In this document: positions 19,290 through 20,000 of the stretch, piece after piece
Layout of the letters: the number at the start of each line of letters is the position of its first letter
Numbering within the stretch: the stretch's first letter is position 1
DNA from: Chiloscyllium plagiosum
Lineage: Eukaryota
Direction: 5' to 3'
DNA length: 20,000 bases
Assembly (NCBI RefSeq): GCF_004010195.1
Contig: NC_057718.1
Location: forward strand, 23,521,439 to 23,541,438
Notes under the pieces: model-generated
What the model was told of the DNA's origin: nothing
Seen by the model: the letters and a program-made list of their open reading frames with translations, nothing else
The model's database searches: none
Translations under genes and position numbers: made by a program

Positions 19290-19396
19290 ATTTTACAAAA
19301 TGGCGCCAAGTTATGGCATCAAATGAAAGCATTTCACTGTATTTTATTGTCTTTTTATGATAAAATACACATGGCAATAAAATCATTCATTCATTC
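19290..19396 (+). mobile_element. 3' end of a non-LTR retroelement (possibly Rex/Babar-related) with stem-loop, AATAAA and (CATT)n tail
   Basis: aaaatggcgcc...aagcatttcactgtatttta...taaaatacacatggcaataaaatcattcattcattc. Confidence 0.5.
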
Positions 19397-19487
19397 CTGT
19401 AATAGAGAGTGTACTATTCTGCTGCTAAGGTGAAACTTTGCCTCTTTGAAGTTTGTTGTCCAGTTGCTGTTAAATAGATGTTGTCTA

Positions 19488-20000
19488 ATAGAACATAGAA
19501 CATAGAACAATACAGCACAGAACAGGCCCCTCGGTCCACGATGTTGTGCCGAACATTTGTCCTAGCTTAAGCACCCATCCATGTACCTATCAAATTGCCA
19601 CTTAAAGTTCGCCCATGATTCTGACTCTGCCACTCCCACAGGCAGCGCATTTCATGCCCCCACCACTCTCTGGGTAAAGAACCTACCCCTGACATCTCCC
19701 CTATACCTTCCACCCTTCACCTTAAATTTGTGTCCCCTTGTAACACTCTGTTGTACCCGGGGAAAAAGTTTCTGATTGTCTACTCTATCTATTCCCCTGA
19801 TCATCTGATATACCTCTATCAAGTCACCCCTCATCCTTCTCCGTTCCAATGAGAAAAGGCCTAGCACGCTCAACCTATCCTCGTACGACCTATTCTCCAT
19901 TCCAGGCAACATCCTGGTAAATCTTCTCTGCACCCTCTCCAAAGCTTCCACATCTTTCCTAAAGTGAAGCGACCAGAACTGCACACAGTACTCCAAAGGT
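19488..20000 (-). mobile_element. Young CR1 (HER1-like) LINE 3' end, running off the window
   Basis: Open frame LEYCVQFWSLHFRKDVEALERVQRRFTRMLPGM...RFFTQRVVGA, then TGA at the usual W of (A)WNALP. (TTCTATG)n tail at 19488-19510. Confidence 0.95.

Noticed and set aside
19652..19996. Active LINE ORF2
   Set aside because: Premature TGA at a conserved Trp codon, and only the C-terminus lies in the window.
1..20000. CRISPR array or prokaryotic operon
   Set aside because: No regularly spaced repeats and no dense coding; the content is vertebrate retroelement DNA.

Overview
Eukaryotic, repeat-dense, apparently intronic or intergenic DNA. The repeat families (HE1-type V-SINEs, HER1/CR1 LINEs, Deu-domain SINEs, short Penelope-like ends) point to a shark genome, possibly a carpet/bamboo shark; this is inferred from repeat content only. 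No host protein-coding gene or RNA gene was recognised. The ORFs I could assign are decayed retroelement fragments (CR1 ORF1 zinc-finger/esterase, CR1 ORF2 C-termini, an L2/CR1-group LINE, an RTE LINE); the rest look like chance ORFs. The most notable system is a set of at least seven short Penelope-like element (PLE) terminal fragments, several folded back into long hairpins and most flanked by target-site duplications (TSDs). They carry a minimal hammerhead ribozyme (HHR) motif: CUGAUGA-A-GGGC-UUUU-GCCC-GAAAC-GUC. One copy has an intact core (16001-16036, minus strand) facing a mutated copy on the plus strand. Another copy starts exactly at the predicted self-cleavage site (9170). Also present are a three-level nested insertion, a 196-bp 97%-identical templated duplication, a short direct-inverted-direct triplication, and repeat-free blocks that may be conserved non-coding elements. 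Family names come from recalled consensus motifs, not a database search.
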